Origin: Vezdaea acicularis
Lineage: Eukaryota
Assembly (NCBI GenBank): GCA_026025075.1
Contig: JAPEUI010000033.1
Span: forward strand, 62,001-126,000
Direction: 5' to 3'
DNA length: 64,000 nt
Shown piece by piece: positions 13,748 through 27,027 of the stretch. Made by a program: the position numbers and the translations under genes. The stretch's first letter is position 1; every line of letters begins with the position of its first letter. The notes under the pieces are model-generated. The model was given only the letters and a program-made list of their open reading frames with translations. It had not been told where the DNA came from and did no database searches.

Positions 13748-15569
13748 ATGCTTTATTACGGTCTCTTCTTTTCTCTCATAGCGACCACATGGTCGCGAGA
13801 CATACCGCACCCTGAGCATCAACTGTTAGCCCGAGATGTTCCTAATCCCCTCAACTTTGCGCCGAATCAACGTTGGTGAGGATGTTTCGATCTGACAAAA
13901 CTATTTGACCACCACCACTAACCCTTGTAAGGGAGGGAGACGATGGCTCCTGGTCTACATTTGACTTACGCGTTGGGACACCTAATCAGATTGTGCGGGT
14001 TCTGATCTCAACGGCTGGGCAAGAAACGTGGGCTGTCGTGCCTACAGGCTGCACTGGAAGTGCTAAGAGCCCTACATGTGCTGCGGACAGGGGCAACCTC
14101 TTCAAGACCAACGAATCATCTACATGGCAAGCGCGAGGCACGAATCTGATAAACATTGAGGCTAATCTCAATTTCTCTGCGTTTGGTCAATATGGCCTTG
14201 ATACAGTCGGCTTTGGTGACAGTCCACCTGATGGCCCTTCCCTTACCAATCAGGTTGTGGCAGGAATAGGGACAGTAAAGCAGTATTTAGGCGTGTTTGG
14301 TATTGGTCCCAAACCAACCAATTTCACAAATTTCACAGATCCACAGCCTAGCTTTTTCTCAACCCTTAAAGACCAAGGGAAGATTCCGAGCCTATCTTGG
14401 AGCTACACTGCTGGAGCCTCCTATCGTAAGAAACTTGAAGGACACTCTCAGCAAGCGATATTTGGCTCTAACACTATTTAGGGGGAACAAAGGTGCCCGG
14501 AAGCCTTGTATTTGGAGGCTATGATCTTGCACGATTTACCCCGAGCAATTTGAGCATTCCATTTGCCGCAGATACTTCTCGAGATCTTGTCATTGGACTA
14601 CAGTCTATCACTACGAATTATTCCGGCGAGGTTACACTTCTCTCTTCTGGTGTGTTGACTTTCATCGACTCGACTGCTTCACAGATATGGCTTCCTCAAA
14701 CTGCGTGCGATGAGTTTGAACGGTTGCTTGGATTGACCTGGGACCCAAGTAATGAAATATATCTCGTCAACGATTCACAGCACAAATATTTACAAGCGAT
14801 AAACCCTTCCTTCAAGTTTCAGCTTGGTACTACTATCTCTGGTGGTGAGACAATCGATATTATTCTCCCTTACTCGGCATTTGATCTCACTGCCAGTCCT
14901 CCATTTGCCTCCAACACAACCAAATACTTCCCTATCAAACGGGCTGCAAGCGACGCCCAGTACACGTTAGGAAGGACTTTCCTCCAAGAAGCGTAAGTAT
15001 TCGAGGCAGGAGTCCTTATTTTCCTTATCAATAGCTTACGAAGGGTTAGGTATCTCATTGCTGATTACGAGCGCGCTAACTTCTCGATTTCACAATGTGA
15101 TTTTGGTCAGGGTAAAGCTCAAAACCTCGTTACGATCCCATCTATCAATGCTACTTCCACTCCCTCACCTACTGGAAAGAAAGCCCTAAGTACTGGTGGT
15201 ATCGTTGGTATTGTGGTCGGGATAATCGTCATCTGCCTAGCTCTCAGTGCGGTGAGTTGGACCTTATGGCGACGTAACAAAGCAAGCAGTTATAGCCCGC
15301 AACCTTCATCAACAGCGACCAATAGCGGAGAAGATGAGCTGCTGGACGGCCAAGCTGTATCGGAAGCTCATGGCCAGTCACCTGCACGAGAGGTGGATGG
15401 CCACGATGCTCGTGCAGAGGTCGCAGGCCAAGCAGTGTCCGAATTACCCCATCGCGAGATGCACATGCTGGCTGGAAGTGAGATGGAGTACGCTGAATTG
15501 CCAGGTGCACCAGTAAAGGGACCTGACATTGAAATCCGAGAGGGCCAGGCTTCGCCTTCGGCCACTTGA
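13748..15569 (+). CDS. Membrane-anchored pepsin-like (A1) aspartic protease homolog, probably catalytically inactive; 4 exons
   Basis: Signal peptide MLYYGLFFSLIATTWS; WEGDDGSWSTF..VGTP..VLISTAG (first catalytic DTG replaced by STA); IPSLSWSYTAGA; GSLVFGGYD; IDST; YTLGRTFLQEAYL..DYER; TM helix GGIVGIVVGIIVICLALSAVSWTLWRR; cytoplasmic tail with EL[P]-type repeats. Confidence 0.85.
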
Positions 15570-16645
15570 TTCAACTGAAAGGTCCAAAATAATCGCATAT
15601 AAGAAGATAAACGGTTACACGTATGAAGAAGAGGAACTTGATCTGTCAAGCCGCTAAACCGATCGGGATTTTCTGTACATACACTTCACTTGGTTTATGG
15701 CTCCGTCACGGCACCGCCATGGGACTAACCCATCTTCAATCCTCGTCAAAGTTTTTAATATTATTCAATGACATTCAACGTTTGATAAACTCCATCTTGT
15801 CAATCGGTTGTAGGGTGAAAATGGAAGCATTCCTTGAACTATTTCAAAATAGGGAAGGATGAAAAACTGAAGCTCGGACTCGTGCTACTTGAGCTGCGGG
15901 AATTGTTCTTCACGCTAGTTTCACTTCAGCCAACCCTTCTTTTGTCGAATCAAGATCAGTGACGACCTCATTTGCAGAGTAGCCGCATCAATCACTTTAC
16001 TTGAGGTTGTCTCGACGACTTTTCACAGACCTGTCGGGACGTATTGACAAAAAGTCCCGCACGCTTTCTTTCCCAATCCAGCAGGTGGACACTATTCAAA
16101 GTTGCATTGATGCTGCCTATCAATCTCTATGTTTTGTTTCCTTCAAGATTCTTGTTTTATTAGCCTTCGTCGCCTTCTGGTCTTTCATGAAGCTCGGCGC
16201 AGTTGAAGCTTTCGTAGATGTAACAAGTCCATCACTTTCTCCTATCCCTTGAATCATACTACCACTCGCACACACCTTCCATAATAGGAACCGAATCACT
16301 TGAGGTCCCGACGAAAGCACTGGATCAGACAAGCATCAAAGCTCGCGTACCTCTTTCTGGGGTACTAGGCACGATTAGGTTCATTGATCCTCCCACGGAC
16401 AGGATGTGCGCTTCGCCTCGTTCCGTTTGGCCTTGCTGGTATTTATCTCAAGTGGCTTGCCAGAGGTCCGCATTACTATCTTTGACAGTTATTCATTGAT
16501 TGTTCCCACTTATAGCACCTTGTCCAACGCGGCAACGCGTTCGAATATATAATTTGAGAAGTCTTCACAAATTTGGTAGCGCTTTCTTTTGTTTCATTGA
16601 TGACAAACTTGCTCCCTATTGAATAGAGCAACCTATGCCCAGGAT

Positions 16646-17550
16646 ATGTATCGTCACTGTTATTTGCCTTTCCTTTGGGCTTATGTGGCGAGAGCTCAGA
16701 ATGGATCACAATACTCAAACGGTCTGTTATCGCTGGACCCTCCATCCGCAATCTCTCAAGGCGAGTTTCTGACCATTCATAGATTCCAGGACCCTTACTC
16801 GAGTAGCATCGCCCACTAGAGCTTCAGATCCTTTCCTAGCATTTACAACCTTATGTTATCCTGGCAACTGTCCTGTACTTCATGTCGGAGCGACAGCCTA
16901 TGAGTGGCTCGGTAATGGCTCCTTGACTTCTCAAGCATTCTACGCAGGTGCTTTTACCAGCTTCAGCACCTTGCCAGGACTCATGCCTCCTTCAAACAAC
17001 GACATCATCACTGCGGTCGTCCTATCAAATCAGTGGCAAGGAAGTGCAACCATGTACGCACTGCTACTTAGCACTACTTGAGGACTGCTAATATACTAAC
17101 GAGATTCAATCCAGCACCAGTCCAACCCCATGGATCTATTATGATCCCTCGAATATGACCGCCGCCGTGAACTGCTCTAAGTATCCTACGCCTACGCCGA
17201 CCAGCGGTCTCTGGTACAAAACTTATCCAACTGATTATTTTCCGCGCAGGACTGCGGCGCCTACCGAAGCCATAGGGATTGTCAGCCTTGATAGTACATG
17301 GATGGATGTTCCAGATGACTTCTTGGCCCATTTCCCGGAATATAAGCCGTACAACTCAAATTGCTCCTTGGGGCTACAATCCGTCACTACAACTGGAACT
17401 ACGGTGGTCCCAGTTGTCCAACTCGGGCTCGATGAGATTGTTGCCATATTGGAGAAGGAAAATTGCGCACCAGGAGTTGCGACAAGCATAGCGAATGCTG
17501 CTCTTTCGGCAGATGCAACAGATGTGCCTTCTCTCCTGCTCGGGTGCTAA
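16646..17550 (+). CDS. Secreted six-cysteine protein ending LLGC (paralog B), 3 exons
   Basis: MYRHCYLPFLWAYVARAQ signal-like start. Intron 1 ends cttcag (~16827); intron 2 is gtacgc..ctaac..ccag (~17054-17114). This gives ..LCYPGNCP..ATITSPTPWIYYDPSNMTAAVNC..SLLLGC*. Confidence 0.75.
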
Positions 17551-17909
17551 CCTAAGTTTGATAATATTTTCTTTACTTGCCACATCTCCCGTCTGTATAT
17601 TCTAGGTTTTGTGGTGTTAGTATCATGTGTGTCATGTGTGGTATTAGTATCATGTGTAGGGAAATTTCTACTGTTCAGTATATCTCGTGTAAAGCATCAC
17701 CGCATTTACTTTGAGATTTGCATCTTCGCTGAAGTGAGAATAAGCGAATCCCGCTCCCACGACGTGTACTTGTCCTGTCACGGTGATATCATACAAGATC
17801 GGTGCCAGTTTTCTGCTACAAACATAGAATGGAGCTTTCTTCTAGTCTACTCTTCTAGTCTACTCTTCTAAATACAACTTATCGCCTTCCATCCATCTGC
17901 TCGCTCGGC

Positions 17910-18852
17910 ATGGAGACCTTTGAATTCGTTCGCGCGCTTGGCGAACGGCCGAGTCTCAATACTGCGACCGACTGCATCCTAGTTCGAAACCTCAGCGCCA
18001 CCTTGAAGTATGGTATTGATGCTTGGGGGAGAGAAAAGCCACAGCCTATCCTCATCTCCGTACGTCTCTGGCTCCGATCGCCATTCACTTCAGCCGCAGA
18101 TAATGATGCGGTAGATGGTAGCACAATTCACTATGGGGAATTGAGCAAAGCTATCCTGAATGGAATTCAAGAAGTCAACTCTCATAAATCGCTAGGCGGC
18201 CCGCTAGATGCGATGATAAGCCTAATTGGAATATGCGAGCGCATGGGAATGGAGATACAGTCCGGACATGAGATTGAGATATTCTTTCCCAAGGGAAGTC
18301 TGATGGGTGATAGCTACGCGATCTGTAATCGCAGGTGCTACGAGCCAAAAGGTGCTCAGTCGACCTTGAGAATCAAAGGATTACAAGTTCCGACAGTCAT
18401 CGGTGTCAATGAGCATGAAAAGGTCAGAAAGCAAATCGTTGTCATTGATTTGGATGTACCCCGGCAAGTGAATCAGTCGATGATTAACACTGGACATCGG
18501 CTGGAGGAGCTTGTTGTAAAGGTACAGTCTCACAGATACTTGTCGCTCTGCTCAACCAAGCATGCTGACAGCTTAGTCGGTTGAAGAGAATACCTTTGAG
18601 ACATTGGAGAAGATGGCGCAGTTTGTCGTAGACCGGGTCAGAAAGTTCTGGGCTCCTCTGTATGCTAACGGGCAAGGCATTATCTATCTGAAGATAGAGA
18701 AACCGAGCGCGGTAGCCATGGCAGATGCCGTTGGCGTTCAAATCGCTAGAAACTTGGCTCTTCCAGAATGGGGCAGAAAGCCTCCGCCACAAGTTCCGTT
18801 TCCGCTGAAGGGAACATTGGAGGAATTCTTGGGGTCAATCGACCAATCATAA
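17910..18852 (+). CDS. Dihydroneopterin aldolase, tandem FolB domains, stand-alone; 2 exons
   Basis: GIDAWGREKPQPILISV, DAVDGSTIHYGELSK, IGVNEHEKVRKQIVVIDL, then intron 18522-18576, then FETLEKMA..KIEKPSAVAMADAVGVQI. Confidence 0.85.
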
Positions 18853-19600
18853 GGCTTCCTGGATGCACAACCCTGTCGGACGAGAGCGCAAGCTTCAAGA
18901 TCCGATTTTCCGCTCCGCTGCAGAGGGGTGCCGGGAAAGAGGCGGAAGACCCCCACGGACCTCCTTAGGGACCCTGCACTTATTGATTCTCCTCGAGCGA
19001 GGACAACAGAGATGGGCCCTTGCAGTGGTTTAAAGCATGCCAAATGAGAAGTGCCGAGATCCTGCAAGGCTGATGGGTGCCACGTTCGGCGTTTATCAAA
19101 CCTCGACCGTTTCTAGTGGAGTCGATTCTGCTCTCAATCGAGCTGAAGCTCTGTCTTCCGGATGTAAAAATCGATAGATTGTGAGCTTCGCGACTGGGAC
19201 ATCGACGCGCTTTTGTATTGCCTGCTGCATTCCTCTAATTACGAACGAAAAAGTTACCGAAAAGTAGCCGAATTGCAGAGCAGGAGATACATGCGTGTCC
19301 GACATTGACTGCGTGAAGCGCATCTGAGATGGGTTGAGGATGTGGTGAAAGAGGCTGTCTCGGCTGCAAGCTGCAGGAGAAGCTCCACGATCCCAGAAAA
19401 GCCATCTAATTCGCAAAGAGCTGTTGCCCAGTGAGCCGTTCCGCGACCTATCAGGCGCTACCCTTGCACCCACCGTTTCCGAGCGTAACCAGAGAAGCCC
19501 CGCTTGATTCATTTCCTCCATAGCTTTTAAAAGTTGACCGCCTCCCCCCAATTGAACTTCTCGACATTCACCCTTCTACTGAACATAGCTATACTTCAAA

Positions 19601-21707
19601 ATGGCCGGATTGTCTAAAGCATTACCCGCTCACCTCAAACCTTCGGGCCTTAATGGAAGCCCGCATGAGTCGTTCGCTCGCCAGCATCATGGCAAGACAC
19701 AGTCGCATATCGTGAGCATTTCCTCCTCCTTCTCTTGTATTCTGGGGGCAGATGGAAAAGGGTCTTCGTTCTTGCAGGAGTACCCGCTTTTTGTCGCATC
19801 TTATGCCTTTCGGGAAAGATTCTGCGTGTTTCACTTATAGAGAGACTCTCCTACTCCCGCCGTTGAGAGCTTCTCGGAAGTTCCGTCATGATTATTTCAT
19901 AGGTGTAAATTAAAGTCGTCAGACTTGCATGACCTTTTTTGGATGTAATCAAGCTCTACTGACGGCTCTCATTCACCGTGTCGGCTTCATGCGATTACAA
20001 ATGCTTCATAGGTCCTTCAAAACTATACCATTTCATCCTCAACTTATTGAAATAACTATCCTAGCTGACCCAGATACTATGAAACAGGCCTTCGAGAATA
20101 CCTCGACCTCGGTGGCTGCTAGCCAAATGCGAAATGCATTGAATAATTTAGCGGACACGGTTACGGATCCGAAGCAGAAGAAGGTATATCATCAATGATT
20201 GGATATCAGTCAGGAAGCTAACAAAAATTGTAGATGTTTGAGACGGAAATGGATAACTTCTTCGGTCTCTTCCGAAGATACCTGAACGATAAGGCTAAGG
20301 GAAATACTCTGTTAGTATTCTGATCGAGGATTTTCTGAGATAAATCTGCTAATACGTTCGATGCAGTGACTGGGAACGTATTGCTCCTCCTCAGGCTGAT
20401 CAGGTCGTCGACTACAATTCACTTGCGAATTCCGAAACCGTCGAATTCTTGAATAAACTTGCGGTTCTCAAACTCAATGGTGGACTGGGCACATCTATGG
20501 GCTGTGTTGGCCCTAAGTCCGTTATCGAAGTCCGTGATGGAATGTCGTTTCTCGATCTCTCAGTCCGCCAAATTGAATATCTTAACCGCACCTATGAAGT
20601 CAACGTACCGTTTGTCTTGATGAACTCCTTCAACACCGACGTTGATACCCAGAACATCATCAAAAAATATGAAGGCCATAACATCGATATTCTTACTTTC
20701 AACCAATCCCGATACCCTCGTGTCCTCAAAGATTCTCTTCTGCCCGCCCCGAAGAGCTACAATTCCCAAATATCCGATTGGTATCCTCCGGGGCACGGAG
20801 ACGTCTTTGAATCACTTTATAACTCTGGTATTCTTGATCAGTTGATTGAGCGCGGAGTTGAGATTCTCTTCCTGTCCAACGCCGATAATCTTGGAGCTGT
20901 TGTGGATCTTCGCATCTTGCAGCATATGGTCGAGTCAAAGTCCGAATACATCATGGAACTCACCGACAAGACCAAGGCTGATGTCAAGGGTGGTACTATC
21001 ATCGATTATGAAGGATCCGTTCGCCTCCTTGAAATCGCCCAGGTTCCCAGCCAGCACGTCCAAGAATTCAAATCAATCAAGAAATTCAAATATTTTAACA
21101 CAAACAACATCTGGCTCAACCTACAGGCTATCAAGCGTGTTGTAGAAAATAACGAGCTGGCCATGGAGATCATCCCGAACGACAAGTCGATCCCAGCTGA
21201 CAAGAAGGGCGAGTCTGACATTTCTATTGTCCAGCTGGAAACTGCCGTCGGTGCTGCTATCCGTCACTTCACCAATGCACATGGAGTGAATGTGCCCCGT
21301 CGTCGCTTCTTGCCTGTCAAGACTTGTTCTGACCTCATGCTGGTAAAGTCGGACCTGTATAGTCTCAAGCATGGTCAGCTTGTTCTTGATGCCAACCGCT
21401 TCGGCCCTGCTCCTTTGATCAAGCTCGGCAACGACTTTAAGAAAGTCAGCAATTTCCAGAAGCGCATCCCGAGCATCCCGAAAATTCTGGAACTCGATCA
21501 TCTAACCATCACTGGTGCAGTCAACCTGGGTCGCAATGTGGTGTTGAAGGGTACAGTAATCATCGTAGCTACTGAAGGTTCTACCATCGACGTCCCTCCT
21601 GGTAGGTTCTCCACTTAACAAGAAAAGTGTACGTCGCTAATTCCTTCACAGGGAGTGTTCTCGAAAATGTTGTCGTTCAGGGTAGCTTGCGTTTGCTGGA
21701 GCATTGA
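19601..21707 (+). CDS. UGP1: UTP--glucose-1-phosphate uridylyltransferase
   Basis: [100 protein letters not shown]. Five exons with canonical splice sites. Confidence 0.97.
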
Positions 21708-22040
21708 ATGGGAAGTTGTGTTCCTTGTTCTCTTTAGACATCTGGAGCAAGGAAAAAATGCATCGAGCAGAAGGGCAGAGTATGCTTGCTAAAGTGGTAT
21801 GGAGGCTTGTGTACAGAATCTGTTGTCTCTCAAATCTTTTTCGGTTCTGTACGAATTCTCCAAAGCACGTGTAGCGTTTGGCAAACGAAATTTACTCTAG
21901 ATGGTGGATTTGTTTACTCTCTAATAGATTCAACTGATTTCAACCTCCAAAAACAATATGTATATTTCGAAGGTTAACATGCCTGCGGACCATGACGCCA
22001 CTTATGACCATCAAAACCCGTGGGTCGGAAGTGGACACCA

Positions 22041-24096
22041 TTACATGAGCCCAGCATTGCTCGCCTTCCTCTTGAAAGTATAGGCGGGTCTCTTTCGCCA
22101 GCTCATATTCGCATCTTTCTCTTCATCCCCTTGCATCCCCATAGCCTGGCTGCCCTTCCTCCCCGCCTCAATATCCTTATATGCCTCTTCGCTCAGCTTC
22201 TTCGTCCACCTCCAATCGTCAATGCCCTTACTCCTAATCTGCTTGCTACTCTTAAAGACGTTCCAACTGCCTCCATCATTAAAGAAGGTGTCCATCTGCT
22301 CCAAACTCCTGCCGGACGTCTCCGGGTAGAGCAGAATGACGAAGGGAATGACAAAGATGTTGAGCCCCACAAGTAGGAGCAGCGTCCCATAGCTAATAGC
22401 CATGAACAAGAATGGCGTTATCATAGTGATAATTCCATTTCCAATACTCCAGCCCACAACGCTCCACGCCCCACCCTTCGCGCGAACATTCAGGGGGAAG
22501 ATCTCTGTGGGGTACAGCCAGGGAGTCGTGAGCCACGTCGCCCCGAAAATCGCCGTGTACACAAACGTAAACGCCGCCACGACAATGCCGTACTCCTTCT
22601 TATTCGGGCTCTGCGAGTTCGCATATTTATCCGCTATCCCGGCGATCAGCAACGCGAGGGCCATGCCGACAGCACCCCATACCATGGTGGAGCGGCGCCC
22701 GAAACGGTCCAGTGTAATGACGGCAAAAATGACGCTGAACATGTACGAGAGGTTGTTAAAGCCTGCGAGAAGGCGCGAGAGCGTATCGGAAAAGCCGGCA
22801 TCTTGGAAGAGATCGACAGCATACACGGTTATGACTCCGATGCCGACGAGCTCCTGCATGATCTGCAGCCAGACGGCGAGAATGGCGCGCCAGCGCAGTT
22901 GCCGCGCGTACCGGTCTTTGGGGAATATCATGGCCATGTAGTGATTGTTTCTAGAGGTTTCAAGTTCGAACTTGACAACGCGCTTGATACCTCGGAGCTC
23001 AAGCTCGATGTCGGAGGAGCGCGTGGCTTTCAACACTTCGATTGCTTCGGACTCGCGTCCCATTTTCATGAGCCAGCGGGGGGATTCAGGGAAGAAGTTT
23101 ATGCTGATGGCAAGGAAGATGATGAAGATGATCTGGAGGGCAAGGGGGACGCGCCAAGCCATCTCTTTGTTGGGGTTCAGATCGATGAAATATTCGAGCC
23201 AGTAAGCCAGGGCTAGGCCGGCAATGTTCAGGAAGAACTCAAATGCAAGGAAGGCGCCGCGAGCCTGATGGCTAGAGACTTCGGCGGACCAGACAGGGAT
23301 GACGCAGTCAATAGCACCTGGCAACGATTAGTGATACTGTCTCTATGGAGGGATAATGAAGCATACCAACGCCAACGCCAGATATTACACGGGCACAGCA
23401 CATCCATGCAATGTTATAGGCAGAAGTCTGGAGAGCGGCACCAAGAAGAGCCCACATGCATCCGAAAACAACGGCTTTGATACGTCCACAGCGGTCGGCG
23501 AGAGAACCGGCAAGAAGAGCTCCAATCAATGTCCCGCCATAATAGACTGCTACTATACCGCCCTCAGCTGCAGTATTTCTCTTGTTGTCTGGGAATGTAT
23601 GTCAGCGGAATGTATCTTTCCGGACACAGATTGAACGGGGCATTTAAGCAAGTTCATAGTTGCCCTGATTCATGCATTCATTTCGGGTGGACTGAAATGA
23701 GGAGATAAAGGAACACACTCTTAATCGGATATATGCCCATGTGCTTTTGGTACTGCTCATTGAGGTTGACCTGGGACATAACACCTTGATCATAACCAAA
23801 GAACTATGAAGATGGACTGAGTGAAGCTCATGTTCATCAATGCTTTATGTTCATACCATAATCGCAATACCGGCAAGAAGATTGATCGCTTTATACATCG
23901 TTTCTGGGTTCTTGAATTTGATCATCCTCGTCCTGTTATAGCCGCCAGGGAACCAGCGCTCCCACTTCCAGGGCTTGGGAAATCGGAGCTTTGAGAACTC
24001 ATTGTCTTCCGTTTCCTCTTCAGAGTTGTCGTAATGAGTTGCTTTTTCGGGGTTGTCCTTCGCTTTCTTTTCAGCAAGAGAGGATTCAGAGGCCAT
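22041..24096 (-). CDS. MFS sugar porter (STL1-like clade)
   Basis: Exons give MASESSLAEK..AIM|FFGYDQGVMSQVN..LADRCGRIKA..ARVISGVGVG|..PESPRWL..QELVGIGVITVY..LDRFGRR..WLYPTEIFPLNVRAKG..PETSGRSLE. Confidence 0.92.
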
Positions 24097-24955
24097 GACG
24101 AGTATCAGTACCCAATGGCCGCAAGAACAGTAATGCAGTTGAGGAATTGAGAGGCAGAGTAGCGGCACAACATGTGTGTTGATATCTGGGACAACAGACA
24201 ATCATGCAAACCCCTTCCGAAATGTATATGCTAAGCTTTCCTGGTGTATACCAGGAAAGCACCAGAACTTCAAACATCGCTCTATCGTCATTGTGCTATC
24301 ATCGCGCTGTATATTAGAGATAATCCGTGGATAAAGTCAGCAAATGACTTCATAGACGGAAGATATCATGCGTGCTTGAATCCTTCAAGCGCACCAATAA
24401 TCCTATCTGCAAAGAAATTTTGGGGAGCAGCGTCAAAACTTGCGTCGCAATGCTATATCCTAGCTCTTAGCGTCGGCGATGTCGCCGATCCACTGACGGC
24501 ATCCAATTGGAAATGACCTTGGTGGGACGAGTCGTGCGGGGAGAGCTATGGAGTCTGTCGATCTCTGTTGTTTCGAATTAGCCCGTGATCTAGATTAAGA
24601 ATGTTGAAGATGAATGGGATCTGGATGCCTAGGAAATACCTCGAAGGTTTTTAAGGTGTAGAAACGCCACGAAAAACTCACAGCGCAAATGTTCAACCAC
24701 CTTAACGTCATCCTCAATAGACGTAACGCTTATCACGAGATTATTTTGACGCGAACCACATCGCCTCGAACTACATGATTAGAGCTTTTATCCCACCAGG
24801 TATAATGCCGAATATCTGATCAAAGCTCCCAAACGCCTGAGTTATGCATAAGACAGAATATACCATTATCTACACAAAACCTTGTACTTGGAAGATGCCA
24901 GCGTTTCTTCGATGATTAGGAGTTCTTCTCATGCAAAACTTTGATCCCTCATGGA

Positions 24956-26356
24956 CTATTCGACATACTCCCCTATTGCCCCGGCACCCCTTTCCCTCGC
25001 CATCCTCAATTTCTCATCGTTCGCTTCCCGCTCATCCTTTTCTTCATCTTCCAGCTGGTCCATCCATTTCCCCATCCCATCCGGTATTTCGTGTAGCTCA
25101 ACGCTTGGCGCATTTGCCAGATATCGCAGTTGCTTGTATATGCCCATTCGAATTGTATCAAGGTGCTCTTGGTCGTTAAGGTTGTCCTTACGAGTGGAAC
25201 CCCCGTCGAGGGGCGGCAGTAACTTCCGATCGGGAAAACTGTTCATGGAGGGCGTATGCGCGGGAAGAGCGTCATCGAGGTCAACGTCTAGAGCAATGGC
25301 GGTCTCATGTGTCCAAAGGCGCGCAACATTCCGTGGGGTGTAGCCTCCGCCTCCCAATAGCAATATCGGCCGGTCGAGCGACTTAACAAATTGTACACAT
25401 TGCCCATGGCCCGTAATATTTAGGTTGAAGCAACCTAATCGATCTCCACCAAGTGAGTCAGCGCCACACTGTAGCACGATCACGGTCGGATTGTAGGCTT
25501 TCACGGTATTTCCAACGATATCCTCGAAGAGCGCATTATACTGTTTGTCGACGATGCCGTCGTGCAGAGGGACATTCAAGCTATGATGTGCACCTGGGTT
25601 GTTGGGGTTCGTAGGTCCAGTCGCATCAAGTGCGCCCGTGCCTGGAAAGAACGTAACCCCATCATACTTATGGAAGGACAATGTCATGACCCTATTTGTG
25701 CTCCAAAAAGCTTGCTCTACACCATCCCCATGATGGACGTCAATATCGATGTACAGGACGCGCGGATGAAACCGAAGAAGCTCGAGAATGGCGATTACTA
25801 TATCGTTTATATAGCAGAAGCCGCTCGCTCTGCTCTTCTTTGCATGATGTAAACCTCCAGACCAATTTATCGCAATGTCAGACTGGTTATTATTCAGTTT
25901 TCGAGCAGCATCAAGAGAAGCACCAGCATATAGGGAGCAGTGTTTGTAAAGCCCATCAAAGATAGGGCAGTCGGAGAGATCGAGGTATTCGTCGGTAACT
26001 TCATCGGTTGGGAGAACCCGAGATAAGAACTTGATGTATTCCGGAGAGTGAAAAGACATTAGTTCCTCAGGCGTAGCTTGCCGTGCCCGGTAATTGTCCA
26101 TAGCCTCATGCATACCGTAGCCCATAACAAGCTGCTTCGTAAGGGTCAAACGCCACGGTTTCATTGGATGATTAAGCCCGAAATGATTCTTCTCAACCTC
26201 TGGATTACTATGCCACGACACAGTGTGACCCTTAGGCCGTGAGACTCCATTTTTCAGGAACGATATCTGGGTTTTGTTATCGACTGTGAAGGTTGAGGTA
26301 TTGCCCCGCGAGGGCAGTGTGTACTCGTGAACGACGGAGGACTTTGTTCCGTTCAT
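24956..26356 (-). CDS. HOS2: Class I histone deacetylase of the HOS2 subfamily
   Basis: Single ORF with HFGLNHPMKPWRLTLTKQLV, DCPIFDG, NWSGGLHHAKK, SGFCYIND, YIDIDVHHGDGVE, QCGADSLGGDRLG and GGGGYT. First ATG at 26356. Confidence 0.92.
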   Translation of the reverse strand: MNGTKSSVVHEYTLPSRGNTSTFTVDNKTQISFLKNGVSRPKGHTVSWHSNPEVEKNHFGLNHPMKPWRLTLTKQLVMGYGMHEAMDNYRARQATPEELMSFHSPEYIKFLSRVLPTDEVTDEYLDLSDCPIFDGLYKHCSLYAGASLDAARKLNNNQSDIAINWSGGLHHAKKSRASGFCYINDIVIAILELLRFHPRVLYIDIDVHHGDGVEQAFWSTNRVMTLSFHKYDGVTFFPGTGALDATGPTNPNNPGAHHSLNVPLHDGIVDKQYNALFEDIVGNTVKAYNPTVIVLQCGADSLGGDRLGCFNLNITGHGQCVQFVKSLDRPILLLGGGGYTPRNVARLWTHETAIALDVDLDDALPAHTPSMNSFPDRKLLPPLDGGSTRKDNLNDQEHLDTIRMGIYKQLRYLANAPSVELHEIPDGMGKWMDQLEDEEKDEREANDEKLRMARERGAGAIGEYVE

Positions 26357-27027
26357 GGTGGCGGACGTGAAGATGACATACAACCCCCAAGGACTTCTCC
26401 AGCAAGACTCAGGTTGGAAAGGCCATACGGTCTACAGGTGTTGCGTGAAGGTGGCGCATTCTGAGGCAGCGAGTGAAGAATTAGGTAGGAGATATTTCAA
26501 ATTTTAGGATCTTTTGATGAGGAATGGGCTGGATGAGGACCGGGATGTGAAAATAGAAGCGGGCGACACGGAAGATCTAGGTTTCGCTTGCGTGTGCCTG
26601 AACTACTGGAGAGATGTGTGATGTGGGGAGTGATATGACGAGTGACCTGACTCAACTTCGCTCAAAGCTGTCGCTCGACTTTCATTACAACTCATATGCA
26701 GTGTCATCGAAGCTCAACGGTATTGCAAAAAGCCCATCGGAGCTTTGTGAACCTTTGAGAATCTGACGAAAATTGAAAGCAAATTCTTTGACTTCTAGGC
26801 TGGAAGCATCGATCCCCATGAAGGCTGTCAGATGAATGCCGCTTGTAACAGCCTTACCGTTCCCGCCACTAAGCACCTACACCAAAAGCTGCTCTATATC
26901 CGCATTATACCCACTGAATATGCGTAGCAGCGAATAGACTAATACTACCCTCATAATTCACAGGAACCTTTGATTCAACAATTCATAGTTTGCATCACAC
27001 AAGTTTCTAGTATAAGCGTCCACTAGA

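Noticed and set aside
17611..17870. Short 27-bp and 13-bp tandem duplications
   Set aside because: Two-copy slippage products in intergenic/UTR DNA with no further structure.
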